From Dictyostelium discoideum (taxonomy: Eukaryota): 64,000 nt of DNA. The DNA lies in the NCBI GenBank assembly GCA_000004695.1, contig CM000153.2:5386250-5450249 (forward strand). The letters are read 5' to 3'. The notes beneath the pieces were generated by a model. The model saw nothing but the letters and a program-made list of their open reading frames with translations, ran no database searches and was not told the DNA's origin. Below are positions 12,574-25,144 of the stretch, one piece after another (within the stretch, counting starts at the first letter, position 1; every line of letters begins with the position of its first letter). The position numbers and the translations under genes are program-made.

Positions 12574-13829
12574 ATTATAATATAGAATAATTTATGAATA
12601 ATTAAATTATACAAATAATAAAATTATGTGAAAAAAAAATTAATATTGAGTTTAATAATCAAATTAAAAAAAAAAAAAAAAAAAATAAAAATAAGAAAAA
12701 AAAAAAAAAAAAATTTTTTTAATTGGGGTTTTATTAATCAAATAAAAAATTTAAAAAAATATATTTAAAAATTAAAAATTAAAAATTAAAAATAAATAAT
12801 AATAATAATAAAAAAAAACTTGTATGATTCTAAGCTGTGGTCAATAGAAAATTTTGAATATGTAATTGTGGGGTTTTTTTTTTTTGTGTATGATTTAAAG
12901 AAAAACCACTAATATTAGAATTTTAAACACATACATTTTGACGGTTAAATTAAATAAACATGTGGCATACCACCACCACCAACCCCTTGATGTTAAAAAT
13001 AAATAACAAAAAAAAAAATAAAAATAAAAATAAAAAAATTAAACTTCCCATTTTGATAGTGGTGTCTTTATCTATTTTCTGAAATTTTCTATTTTTATTT
13101 TCACACACAATCAAAAGAAATATTTTTTAAATTTATGATGTGTAAAAAAAAAAAAAAGTTTTTATTGATAAATTGTTTTCAGCTTTTTCAAGCTTCTTTT
13201 AATTTTCTTTTATATTTTTTTTTTTTTTTTTTTTTATTTATTTCTTTTTTTCTTCCTCCCAATTTTTATTTGTTTGTTGAGAACCTTTGGTAACCTCTTT
13301 GACTTTATATAATTGGTTTTTTATTTTTATTAACTCTTTTCTTTAAATTATTACTTCTTTCTGCTGCAAAAATCAGACCTAAACTCTAGTATAAAAGGAA
13401 GAGGAAAGCCATTAGCCAAAATTGAATGACAAAAAGAGTTCAAATCTTTAAAGTTTGACTTCTTTTGGCTGCAAAAATCATACCATTTATTTTTTCCTGA
13501 TTTATTTGATTTTAATTATAAATATATAAATTCAAACATTATAATTATAAAAATAAAAAAAAATAATAAAAAAAAGTTATTAACTTTAAAATAAAGTTTT
13601 TTTATTATTCATCTGGTTAATATTTTCCAAGACCTTCATAAGTTCTTTTTTTGTTTACTTTTCCTATGAAACAGATTTTTAATAAAAAAAATATATAAAT
13701 AAGTAAAAATAAAAAAAAACAGTGGGATAAATATAAAAAAAAAAAAAAAAAATGATAAACCATTTTTATCTCTACGTGTCAATAAAAAACAAGTAAAAAT
13801 AATTAAGACTTAATGCATTTATTTTTGGA

Positions 13830-13860
<31 letters not shown>

Positions 13861-14150
13861 CGACCAAATAAAAAAAAAAGTCAAAATTTAGGACTTTTTT
13901 ATTTGTTTTTGGTAAAAAAAAAAGGATAATTTTTTTTTTTTTTTTTATTCCAAAAAAACAAATAAAAATAATTCCAAATTTGGTATACAAAATTTAAACG
14001 ATATGAAAAATATCAATAACATGTAAAAATAAAAAAAAAAAAAATAAAAAATAAAAAATAAAAAAAAAAAAAAAAAAACATTTCATTTGAAATTTTTAAA
14101 AATAAAAAAAAACAAAAAAAAAAAAAAAGAGATACACACATACAACAAAA

Positions 14151-15003
14151 ATGGTATGAAAAAATGAAAATAAAAATAAAAATAACAAGTATTTATTATT
14201 ATTATTATTTGACTAACTTTTGTTTTTTTATTATTTTTTAGTCATTAGCACAAACAAGATTAACAGAAGAAAGAAAAGCATTTCGAAAAGATCACCCAGT
14301 GGTAAGTTCGAATTAATTAATTTCTTTTTTTTTTAAATATTAACTTATTAATTTAGTCAATCCCTGTATATTTATATATTTAAACATATATACACAAATA
14401 TGTTTATAGGGTTTTCATGCTAGACCAGTAACAAATGCAGATGATACATTAAATTTATTAAAATGGACTTGTGGAGTTCCAGGAAAAGTAGGTACACCAT
14501 GGGAAGGAGGTATTTATGATGTAACAATAACATTTAAAGATGATTATCCAAGTAGACCACCAGTATGTTCATTTCCAAAAGGATTCTTTCACTTAAATTG
14601 TTTTCCAAGTGGTGATATTTGTTTATCAATTCTTAATAATGAATGGAAACCATCAATCTCTATAAAAAATGTATGCTATAGCATTATTCATATTTATATT
14701 TAGAATTTACACCTCTAATCTGTGTGTGTGATAAATTTAGTTGATGCTAATAAAGTATAATTTATAGATTTTATTAGGTATACAAGAATTATTAGATAGT
14801 CCAAATCCAGATAGTGCTGCAAATAGTGAAGCTTATTCATTATGGAAGTATGTTATTTTTATATTTTTCTTTTTTTTTTTCACTAATATGTATTTAATAA
14901 TTAATAATTAATAATTAATAATAACAGGAAAGATAAAGCAGGTTATTTAAAGAGAATAAAAGATCAAGCTAAATTGTATGATGCTCAAAGACTATTGGAA
15001 TGA
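14151..15003 (+). CDS. ubc9: SUMO-conjugating enzyme UBC9 (E2), 159 aa. Five exons: join(14151..14153,14242..14301,14410..14670,14768..14847,14928..15003)
   Basis: The ATG is immediately followed by an intron (ATG|gtatga). Exon 2 encodes SLAQTRLTEERKAFRKDHPV. Exon 3 encodes GFHARPV...WTCGVPGKVGTPWEGGIYDVTITFKDDYPSRPPVCSFPKGFFHLNCFPSGDICLSILNNEWKPSISIKN, with the UBC active site HPN..GxICLSIL and catalytic Cys. Exon 4 encodes ILLGIQELLDSPNPDSAANSEAYSLW. Exon 5 encodes KDKAGYLKRIKDQAKLYDAQRLLE. All junctions use GT..AG and exon lengths are phase-consistent (480 nt total). Confidence 0.85.
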
Positions 15004-15144
15004 AAAAAAAAACAAAAAATAAATAAATAATTGTACAAACAAAAAAAAAGAAAAAAAAAAAAAGAAAAAAGAATTAAAAAAAAGAATAAATTTAAGAATA
15101 CTATTTTATTTTAATTACATTAAATAATGATTAGCTAGTTTTTT

Positions 15145-15176
<32 letters not shown>

Positions 15177-15246
15177 TTATTTATTATTTATTTACTATTT
15201 ATTTACTATTTATTATTTATATATTCAATTATTTTATTTTATTTAT

Positions 15247-16992
15247 TTATTTATTTTTTAAATAATTTGTAATTAGTCTAGCAGTATTTTTTGAAGATAT
15301 AGTTGTTGTTTCAATAGTAGATACAGAATGTTCGAAAGCATTATTATAGAATAAACCTTGATCTATAATGATTGGTGGGAATTTTTGAGCTGGTGTCAAT
15401 ACTGGATATGCACTCCAAACATGATAATGTAATAATTCAGGTTTAATAAAGAATTTATCAATTAATTTTGAATCTAATTTCTTTGGAGCAAATATTTTAA
15501 AAACTTGTCTTCCATCATCAAGTTTACCCTATATGAAAATAATTAATAATTAATAATTAATAAATAATAAAGAAAAATGACTAATAAATATAATAAAAGT
15601 TACCCTTGAATTTTCACAAAGACTAAAGAATGGTAAAGATTTATTAAAAGAAGTTAAAATACAATCAATTGGATGATCTTTTGGATAACCAAAATATTCA
15701 GCATTGATTGAATTTGCAGCAATTAAATGAACATGAACTTTTTTATAATCTTTTTTTGGTATTGTTTCATGAGTGAATGGTAAACCTGTGAATTTAATAT
15801 TTGAGAATTCAATAGGTGTTGAAATTACAACAATATCAAATTCCTCGATTGATATTTGATTATTATTTGATAAATCTTTTGATGTAATTTTATAAATAAT
15901 TTTTTTATTTTTTTCATCATCATTATCATCATCATCATGATCAATTAAAACTTTTTCAATTTCAATAACTTCATGAGTTGATAAAACTTTTGATTTTGTA
16001 TTATTTAATAATGCCTCAGATATTTGATAATTACCACCTTGAACAGAGAATAAACCATCATCAGTACCTGCCAAACCAATGAATGCAGCAAATGCTGATA
16101 AATTATCATAATCTTGATTATAATTTACTCTCATACCAGCCGATAAAATATCTTCAACAAATTCAGTTGAAATTCCTAACTTATCACAAAAATGTTCTTT
16201 TGCTGTTGATTTAGTAACTTCTAATAAACCTAAATTTTTATAAAATTCTTCAACACTTTTAAATGGTTCACTATTATTATAACCTTTTAAAAATTTATTT
16301 ATAACATCATCTCTAGCATCTTTACAAAAATAATAATTAAATAATTTTAATTTTAATTTTTTTGGTAAAATAAAAATAAAAATAAAAATTGAAAAAAAAA
16401 AAAATTGGAAAAACTTACTTTTAAATTTAATTGGTGACATAAAATAATTATATAACATTTTTAATTGATTAACTATTGTATATGGGTGTTGTGAAAAAAC
16501 AAATTCTTTACCATTCCAAATTACTAAATTTTTATTATCAACTTCTTCAGATTTTTTAATTTTTAAACCAAGTTTATTTATTAATCCAATTATATTTTCA
16601 TTTAATGGGTGAACGACACTACCACCTAATTCAGTGTATTTACCTTGAATATCGATATTTCTAGTTCTACCACCAATTTTTTCCTTTTCAAAAACTGTAA
16701 TTTCAATTGGTTTATCAATTCTATCTGATAATGATTCTTCATTAATATAGTATGCACATGATGATCCTCCAATACCTGATCCAATAATTGCAATCTTTAT
16801 TGGTTCAACAGGTTCAAAATGATTATGTGATTTTATTTCTTCTTTTTCATTATTATTATGTTGATGTTGATGATCAGTTTCAAAGAATGGATGGTTATGT
16901 GGTGTATTTTTATTTTCATTACCACTACATTCTATAATTGAATTTAAAAATAAAGAAATTAAAAAAATTATTAAAATATTATGTTTTATCAT
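15247..16992 (-). CDS. Prenylcysteine oxidase (PCYOX1-like flavoprotein), about 523 aa. Three exons: complement(join(15247..15528,15604..16319,16419..16992))
   Basis: Signal peptide, then FAD-binding KIAIIGSGIGGSSCAYYI (GxGxxG) and ITVFEKEKIGGR. The C-terminal part is prenylcysteine-lyase-like. Introns 16320..16418 (gtaagt..aaag) and 15529..15603 (gtaact..atag). The exon lengths close the reading frame exactly. The 3' exon ends at TAA, 15247. Confidence 0.8.
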
Positions 16993-17215
16993 TTTTTTTT
17001 TTTTTGTTTTATTATTTAAATAATAATAATCTAAAGAAATTAAATTGTTTTTTTATTTTTTAAATTAAATTTTTAATTTAAAAAAAAAAAAAAAAAAAAT
17101 GATTGTTGGGCAATTTACAAAAAAAAAAAAAAAAAAATTAAAAAAAATAAAAAAAAAAAAGAAAATCTTTTTTTTTTATTGTGAAATATATATGAAAATA
17201 AGATTTCATTTAAAT

Positions 17216-17450
17216 TTATTTATTTTGTTTATAATAGTAAAAATAACTTGGGCCAATATGTGGCTTTAAAGTGTGTGTTAAAAAATATTTTAAACTAATT
17301 TGTGTTCCAAATAATATATTATCAATTTCTAACTCTCCATACAAACTATCAGGATTCATCCTAAAAAAAGGTTAAAATTAAAGTAATAATAAATAAAAAA
17401 ATTATTTATTAGTAATGTAATGTTTTTTAATTTTTTAAGAAAATATATTA

Positions 17451-17481
<31 letters not shown>

Positions 17482-17724
17482 TTACCTTTTAATCTCTCTA
17501 ACCATATTATCTTTTTCTAAAATTAAATCTTTTTCTGAACCATTTTCAAATAATATATAAATTATTATACTATAACAATAAATATTATTATTATTAAATC
17601 TAGCCTGTATTGTTAAAAATCCTAAATCAGATGATTGTATAGTATTTTCTAAATATTCACTTTTATTGTACCTTGAAAGTTGATATATTAACCCATTATT
17701 AATTGATCCAGTTATTTGCTCCAT
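17216..17724 (-). CDS. Small conserved-looking protein of unknown function (about 127 aa). Two exons: complement(join(17216..17360,17486..17724))
   Basis: Exon 1 is MEQITGSINNGLIYQLSRYNKSEYLENTIQSSDLGFLTIQARFNNNNIYCYSIIIYILFENGSEKDLILEKDNMVREIK, ending AAA AG|gtaaat. The 124-nt intron ends ttttag. Exon 2 is RMNPDSLYGELEIDNILFGTQISLKYFLTHTLKPHIGPSYFYYYKQNK, in a consistent phase. The composition is non-repetitive and protein-like. I could not assign a family (possibly a small roadblock/longin-like fold). Confidence 0.5.
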
Positions 17725-18409
17725 TTTTATTTTAATTTATTATAAAGATATTTTTATTTTTATTTTTAACTAAAAATAGTTTTGTTTATTTTTCTTTTTT
17801 TTTTTTTTTTTTTTTTTCTAAAAAAATAAATTAAACCTTTTTTTTTTTTTCTTTTTTTTTTTTTTTTATTTTTTAATTTTGAAATAATTAAACAATAATA
17901 AAAAAAAATAAAAAAAAAAACAATATCTTTCCATTATTATAAAACTATTGAATACAATCGGAAGAATCTTAATTTTTTTATACATTATTATAAATATATT
18001 CCATTATAATAATTATTTTTTACAATAAAAAAAAAAAAAAAAAAAAAAAATCGCCAAATCTTTAATTTTTTAAAAACCCATAGAATTTTATGTCAAATTA
18101 TTTTTGATAAATTTTAGTTATAAAAAAAAAAAAAAAATTGCTCTCGACGTTTTATAATACAAAAATGATGAAAATAAGAGAATAAAAAAAAAAAAAAAAA
18201 ATAACACCGAATAGTAAATCCAAATAAACATAATAATAAAAATAATAATTAGTAAATAAATGAATAATAATAAAAAAAAAAAAATAAATAAATATATAAA
18301 ATGAAAATTTAGTAAATTATTTATGTACAAATAGGTTTTTTTTTTTTTTATTTTTTATTTTTATTTTTGTAATGTTAAAGTTAGGGGATATCATCAAATT
18401 GTATTGAAA

Positions 18410-18774
18410 TTATCTAATTGATTCACAAGCATCAATCCAATCACTATAAACGTCTATGGCATCTGATAACTCTGCATGTTTTTTTTATTTTTTAAATAAT
18501 GACGAAATGAAAATAAAAAAGAATTAGTATTTCTATTAATTATTGTGTGTGTATGTGAGTGGATTTATTAAAAAGAAAAAATAATAAACATACCATGAAT
18601 TGGTGTTTCATATGAGGCATTACAAACTCTGCACTTGGCAACTCCTTTACCAAGTTCTCTATCTAATATACAATCTACAGACTGAGAATGGGCACAAAAT
18701 AAGCAATCAAAATGCTTTGGGAGTTTTTGAACTACCTTTTTTGGGGGTGGCTTACTTGATTTACGCTTACCCAT
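18410..18774 (-). CDS. elof1: Transcription elongation factor 1 homolog (ELOF1/Elf1 zinc-finger), 80 aa. Two exons: complement(join(18410..18471,18594..18774))
   Basis: [60 protein letters not shown] matches the ELOF1 basic N-terminus plus C4 zinc ribbon (CxxC...CxxC). Donor CAT G|gtatgt. Acceptor catgcag| then [20 protein letters not shown], the conserved ELOF1 C-terminal motif [10 protein letters not shown]. Confidence 0.8.
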
Positions 18775-18863
18775 ATTATTTATATATGTGTTTATATATA
18801 TAAAATAATGTGTAAAAAAAAAAAAAATTATAATTTAAATTAAAAAAAAAAAAAAAAATTTTC

Positions 18864-18900
<37 letters not shown>

Positions 18901-18933
18901 TTTATTTTATTTTTATTTTTATTTTTATTTTTA

Positions 18934-18964
<31 letters not shown>

Positions 18965-19211
18965 TTCATTTTTATTTTTTACCAAATTAAAAACATTTTT
19001 GAAACACAAACAAAAAGGGAGGCAATTTTTATGTTGGGGATGAAGTAAAAAAAAAAAAAAAAAAAAAACAAAAAAAAAAAAAAAAAAAAAACAGAATATA
19101 TTATTCCTTTTTTTATTATTAAAAATAACTATAAAAAAAATTAAATCTTTAAAATTTTTCATTTTGTTTTTTATATAAAGTAATAGAATTTTTATTTTTA
19201 TTTTTACTATT

Positions 19212-19247
<36 letters not shown>

Positions 19248-19339
19248 GGTATTTTTAATTTGGATTTAATAAATAATTTCGATATCTTCTCTTTAAATAG
19301 TTTTTTTTTTTTTTTTTTTTTTTTCCAAAATGTATCAAG

Positions 19340-19589
19340 TTAATTACACATATATGGTCTTGTAAACATAGCACCACTATACAATTTATTGGTTGCAGTT
19401 ACTTGATTTAATGATGATGATAAAGAAGAGGATTCTTGGCTATTAATTGTGATTTTGTTGTTTGATTTTTCAACGGTGGTTAATGAAATTAATGATTCTA
19501 TAAAAATATTTAAAAAATTAGTAAGTATTTAATCTTTTTTTATTTTATTTTATTTCTTTTTTTATATTTTCACACATACTGAATAACAT
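19340..19589 (-). CDS. Putative tiny two-exon ORF (about 55 aa), unknown function: complement(join(19340..19497,19580..19589))
   Basis: aaaATGTTATTCA|gtatgtgtg donor and tttttatag acceptor, giving [55 protein letters not shown]. The phases are consistent, but the ORF is short and not conserved-looking. Confidence 0.25.
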
Positions 19590-20774
19590 TTTAAAGATAG
19601 TTTTTTTTTTTTTTTTTTTAATAAAATAAATAAATAAATAAGTAAATAAATTAATAAATAAATAATTAGTTTTTTTAATAAAGTAAATAAATAAATAAGT
19701 AAATAAATTAATAAATAAATAATTTTTTAAAATCTTTTTTTTTAATAAATAAATAAATAAATAATTGTTTTTGAATGATTTTTTTTTTTTTTTCTTTATT
19801 AAAAAATATTCCTATTTATACTTTTTTTTATATATATTTCCTTTTTTAATATTAATTTTTGTTAAAATAATTTAGTAGTGTTTTCTTTTTTTTTTAAAAA
19901 AAATGAATAGTTAAATTTGATTATAATTATTTGAAATAATTTCCTTTTTAAAAACATTACTTGGTGGGAATTTCTCCCCCAATAAAAAATAAAATCCTTT
20001 TAAGATTTTTTTTTTTTAAAACATAAAAATAAATAAAGTAAAAATAAAGATTATTTTTAAAAAAAAAAATATTGCACATTGCCACACTAAATTGATTGAT
20101 TTTTTAAAAATAAAAATAATTATATAAAATTCAAAATTATTTTAAAATTTACGAAAATTAGTAAATAGCCCAATAGGAAAATCTAATTCATACTTGTACT
20201 AATAAAATCCCTATTTTTGGCAATAAGTTTTCAAACCGAAATATTAAACATAATATCAGAGATTTTAAAAAAAAATCCTGATCAATAATAATTTTTTTTA
20301 TTATAATATTATTTATTTGAATATAAAATTTTCTTTTTTTTTTTTTTTTTTCTTATTATTATTTTAATTTAAACAAAAAGTGTAATTATTTTTTTTTTTT
20401 TTTTTCTCCTCTTTATTGTTTTCAATTTAATTTTGATTTTATTTAATTTAAAATTTATAACCACTTTTAAAATAATAAAAAATAATTTTAAAATTATTAT
20501 TTATTATTATTATTTTTTTTTTTTTTTTTTTTTAAACATTTTTTTTAAACATTTTTTTTTTTTTTAAATTTTAATCTATAAAAACAAATACATATTAAAA
20601 ATTAAATATAACTTTATAAAATTTTTAAAATTAAAATTAAAATACATTTAAAAAAAATGTTAAAATTGAATTGAAAAAATAAAAAAAATTAAACATTTTA
20701 TATTTATTTTTATATAATTTTATAAAAGAAAAAAAAAAAACAATAATATAAATAAAGAAAATAAATAATTAAAC

Positions 20775-20877
20775 ATGAAAAAAATAATAAATTTAATAAT
20801 GATTTTTTTTTTAATAAATGAAATTATAGGATTTGAATATAAAAATATAAATACTATAATAATTAACAATAATAATG

Positions 20878-20909
<32 letters not shown>

Positions 20910-21293
20910 TTAAATAAAATCCAATGTAATGATAATTCATTGTATCCATTTGATTTACCAGTATTAATTTATATTGTATCATTAGTTGAAAGAAATGATA
21001 TTAATAATGAAATTAATAATAATAATGAAAATGAATCAAATAAATTTTTAACAGCAACAGTTAATGGTAGAACATGTTTAAGTCAAGGTATTGATAATAA
21101 TTTATCATTTGAATTATCAATTGGTTCAAATGTAACAATTCCACAACAATTATTAGAAAAAGAATTTGAAGCAAAATATATAAATATTAATTTTCGTGGT
21201 GAAATTTTATCATTTCCTGATTTATCAATTTTAATTAAACATAATAATTTTCCAGATACATATCATATTGAAACTATATTTAAAAAATTTTAA
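20775..21293 (+). CDS. Hypothetical small secreted Asn-rich protein (172 aa)
   Basis: ORF with ATG after an A-rich leader. Hydrophobic N-terminus MKKIINLIMIFFLINEIIG. Non-repetitive C-terminal half (TATVNGRTCLSQGIDNNLSFELSIGSNVTIPQQLLEKEFEAKYININFRGEILSFPDLS). I recognise no family. Confidence 0.4.
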
Positions 21294-21460
21294 TTTAAAT
21301 AAAATAATCATAAATGTGTATATATATATATATTATTTTATTTTATTCCTTTAATTATAATTATAACTATTTTTATTTTTTATTTTTTTTATTTTTAAAT
21401 ATTATTTATTTATTTTATTTTATTTATTTTTATTTATTTTTATTTATTTAATTCTATTAA

Positions 21461-22704
21461 CTATTGATTCCAATTTAAATTTGGTTTTACAAAAATAAAA
21501 TTATTTGTATTTTTAGTTTTTGATAATTCTTTGTTAAAACGTTTAGAGATAATTTTAAAATGAGGTAAATTTAATTTACCAGCAACTAAAGGTAATAGAA
21601 TATGTTTAATTTCATGAGTAGAATCGGGATGAATTGAGAAAGTTGATTGTTTATCACCAGAAAAGAAGAAAGGAATATCAGAATTACCATAACTTGGTGG
21701 ATTAATAACTTGTAGATCAAATTCTTGTAAAAAGTTTGTATTATTTTTAATGATAATCGATTGGGTTAATGGTTGACCGACTATACCAAAAGAAGGTACA
21801 TGAACTTTTGCAAGGAATGGATTTGGTGTTGTTCTAATATATGGTAATTGAATTGGTAATGTTGAAATGATTTTACTTGATTGACCTTTTCTTCTCCATT
21901 CAATAATAAAAGAACCAAAACTAATAGATTCACTAATTACCAATGGTATCAAATTAAACCAACCACTATAAGTTGTATTTTTTGATAATTCAACATCTTT
22001 TAATAATTTATTTGAATCTGATAATAATTGTGCAACTGGTAAATTATTAATGCTATCATCTAAAATCATATTAAGATTATTTATAATATTATTATTTACA
22101 CCACCACTATTATTATTTGGATTATTTGGATTATTATTTGGATTATTATTATTTGGATTATTATTTGGAGTATTAGGATTATTATTAGCAACATTTGGTG
22201 ATAATAAAGTTGCATTTCTTGCAGATTCAGCAGCAGTTGAAATTGATAATTTTGTATTTTCAATTATAATATTAAAAGGTAATTGTGATTTAATTTCACT
22301 TAATAATAAAAGATTCTCTCTAGTTTGTACACCTTGATCATAGAGATCAGTAATCAATTGTAAATGTTCATTAAAGAATTGGAATTGTGTATTGAAACCA
22401 ACAACTACAGGAATTGTAAATAACTTTGATGTATGTGATATTTCACCAGTTTTAGTTTCATAACTAATACTAATTAATAATTTATTTTCATCAACAACTG
22501 AAGAATAAACATAAAACATTTTCTTAAAACTCTTTGTTTCTTTAATCGTTGTTAATTTCATTTCACTTAATGGTGTTGATCTATTTGGTTCTAAATAAAT
22601 TCCTTTTTCACATGATTGATTATTAATATTAATAATATTAACTGATTGTTGTTGTTGTTGTAATTGTTGTTGTTGTTGTTGTTGTTGTAATTGTTGTTGT
22701 TGTA

Positions 22705-22735
<31 letters not shown>

Positions 22736-25084
22736 ATGATGATGATGTGAGTGTTGAGTTTGTGGTAATGGTTGTTGTGGATTCTGTTGTAGTAGAGTTG
22801 TAGTTTGTTGTGATTGTTGAATTTCAAATCTAATTGTACCACCTTTAATTTCAGCATCATTATTTATAATTTCTAATTCAATTTCATAAAATTCATTTAC
22901 AATTGCAGGTGAACTATGATTACATTTAATTTGAATTAATGATTCATGATCAAGTATTCTAATTGATGATCTTTCTAAAAACTTTTTATATGGATTTAAT
23001 TTCTCTAAAGTTTTTGGTGGTTGTTGTTGTTGTTGTTGTTGTGTTGTTTTAATATTTTTATCTTTTAATTTGTTTTGAATTGGTGGTGTTGTTGTTGTTG
23101 AAATTAATAATGATGATGGATCTTTAATTTTCTTTTCAATTTCAGTTTCATCAGATTTAATTGCCCATTCTTGAACATTCCAAACAAAGTTTATAGTTTT
23201 TGTTGGTGAACCAATATTACCCAATTCTAAAATTACTGATAAACATTCTAATTCCATTTTCTCTTTTGCTACTTCAAGTTTAAAAGTGAATAATCTAGAT
23301 TCATCAGGAAGGAAAATTAAATCTTGTCTGCTATGATCATCTCTTTTAATTGTTGATTGATTGATTGGTGATTGAATTGGTTGTTTATCATGAATTGATT
23401 TATTATAAGATTTCTCAGAGAAAATAACTTTTAAAGCAGAGAATCTAATTGGGTTTGGAAAATGTGACCCAATTACAACATAAAATTCTGTGGTTGAATT
23501 TGTAAAAGTGAAAGAAGAAGGGAACTGAACTCTACAATCTAATAATGGATGAACATGATCCATATTGATATCCAATGATTTCTCCAATGATAATGGTGGT
23601 GACAATTTTTGAGCACCATCAGTTAGAATATGAATGATGGTATTTTGAATATTTGCTCTATCCGCTACTGTATTATTTAATTCTGGTGATAGATAATCCA
23701 AAGCGTAACCAATATAATTTGTTGGTAAATTTAAATAGTGTACAGATTTCAAAAGCATTGATAAACTATGAGTTAATAAAGTTGTCCATTTCTCACGACG
23801 ATATGTAAATGCATTCTTATTATAATATTTCAATGCTAAATCATATTGTTTCGATATGAAATATTCATAAGCAATTAATGATTCAATGAATGATAAAATA
23901 CGATGATTACCACTAACAGTTGATTGATCATATGCTTTAACCAATGTTTTAATTATTAAATTTGTATAATTTAATGATAATTCAATTGCAATTGATTTTG
24001 ATAAATCATTTTCATCTGCAATTGTTAATTGTTCTTCATATGTTTGTAATTGTGTATTATTATTATTACTAATATTATTGGTATTATTGGTATTATTATT
24101 ATTATTATTATTATCATCAAGTGGATGTGAACCAACTGGTGGTGGTTGACCAATATATGTTAAATTTGAAAGATCAAACTTTGGTTTAATATCACGATAT
24201 TCTAAAACATTAACATTCTCTTTATAATGATTTGATAATGCTTTGAAACTATCTCTACGATTACCTTGATGTTTTGCAGAAATTTGATAATAAAAACCAG
24301 GATTTGTATTAAAATTTGATCTAATAATTGATGGACATAATTCTAATAACTCTGCAAATATTTGATACTCTCTTGCTAACCAAATACAATGAGTGAATTC
24401 CTTTTCAGCTGGACCCATATAAATTTTAAATGTTTTAATATGTTTTTCAAATTGATTCAATGAATCTTGAATTAATTTAATTTGTTTTTCAAATTGATTT
24501 TGTTGTTGTTGTAATAATATTTGTTGTTGTGATTGTTGTGATTGTTGTGATTGTTGTTGTTGTTGATAAAAAAAACCTGTTCCACTTTGTTGAATTTGTT
24601 GTTGTGGCTGTGATGGTTGTAATGATTGTTGTTGTAAATATGAAGGTTGATATTGTGATTGTAATGGTGATGTACTAAATTGTGCTTGTTGTTGTTGTTG
24701 TGATGATGGTTGTTGCATCATTCCAGGTGTACCAGTTGGTGATAGAATTGTACCACCAGGTGTAGATGTTGTTAATGTTGTTGTCGCCAAAATTGGTATT
24801 GAAGGTGTTATAGATATTGATGGATTTGTCGTTATTGAATTTGGTGTATTTGGTGTAGTATTTGTTGGTGTGGTGGTAGTGGTTGCTATATCGCTATTTA
24901 ACATTGATATTTTACAAATTTTAAAATTAAAAAATGATGCTAAACTTCTAATCTCTGCAAACCTAATGCCTCTACTATCATTATTTGATTTATAATTTAA
25001 TAAATTATAACAATCTCTATAATACCTATTTTTTAAAAAATAAAAATAATAATAATAATTATTAATATAAATTATTATTATTAT

Positions 25085-25144
<60 letters not shown>

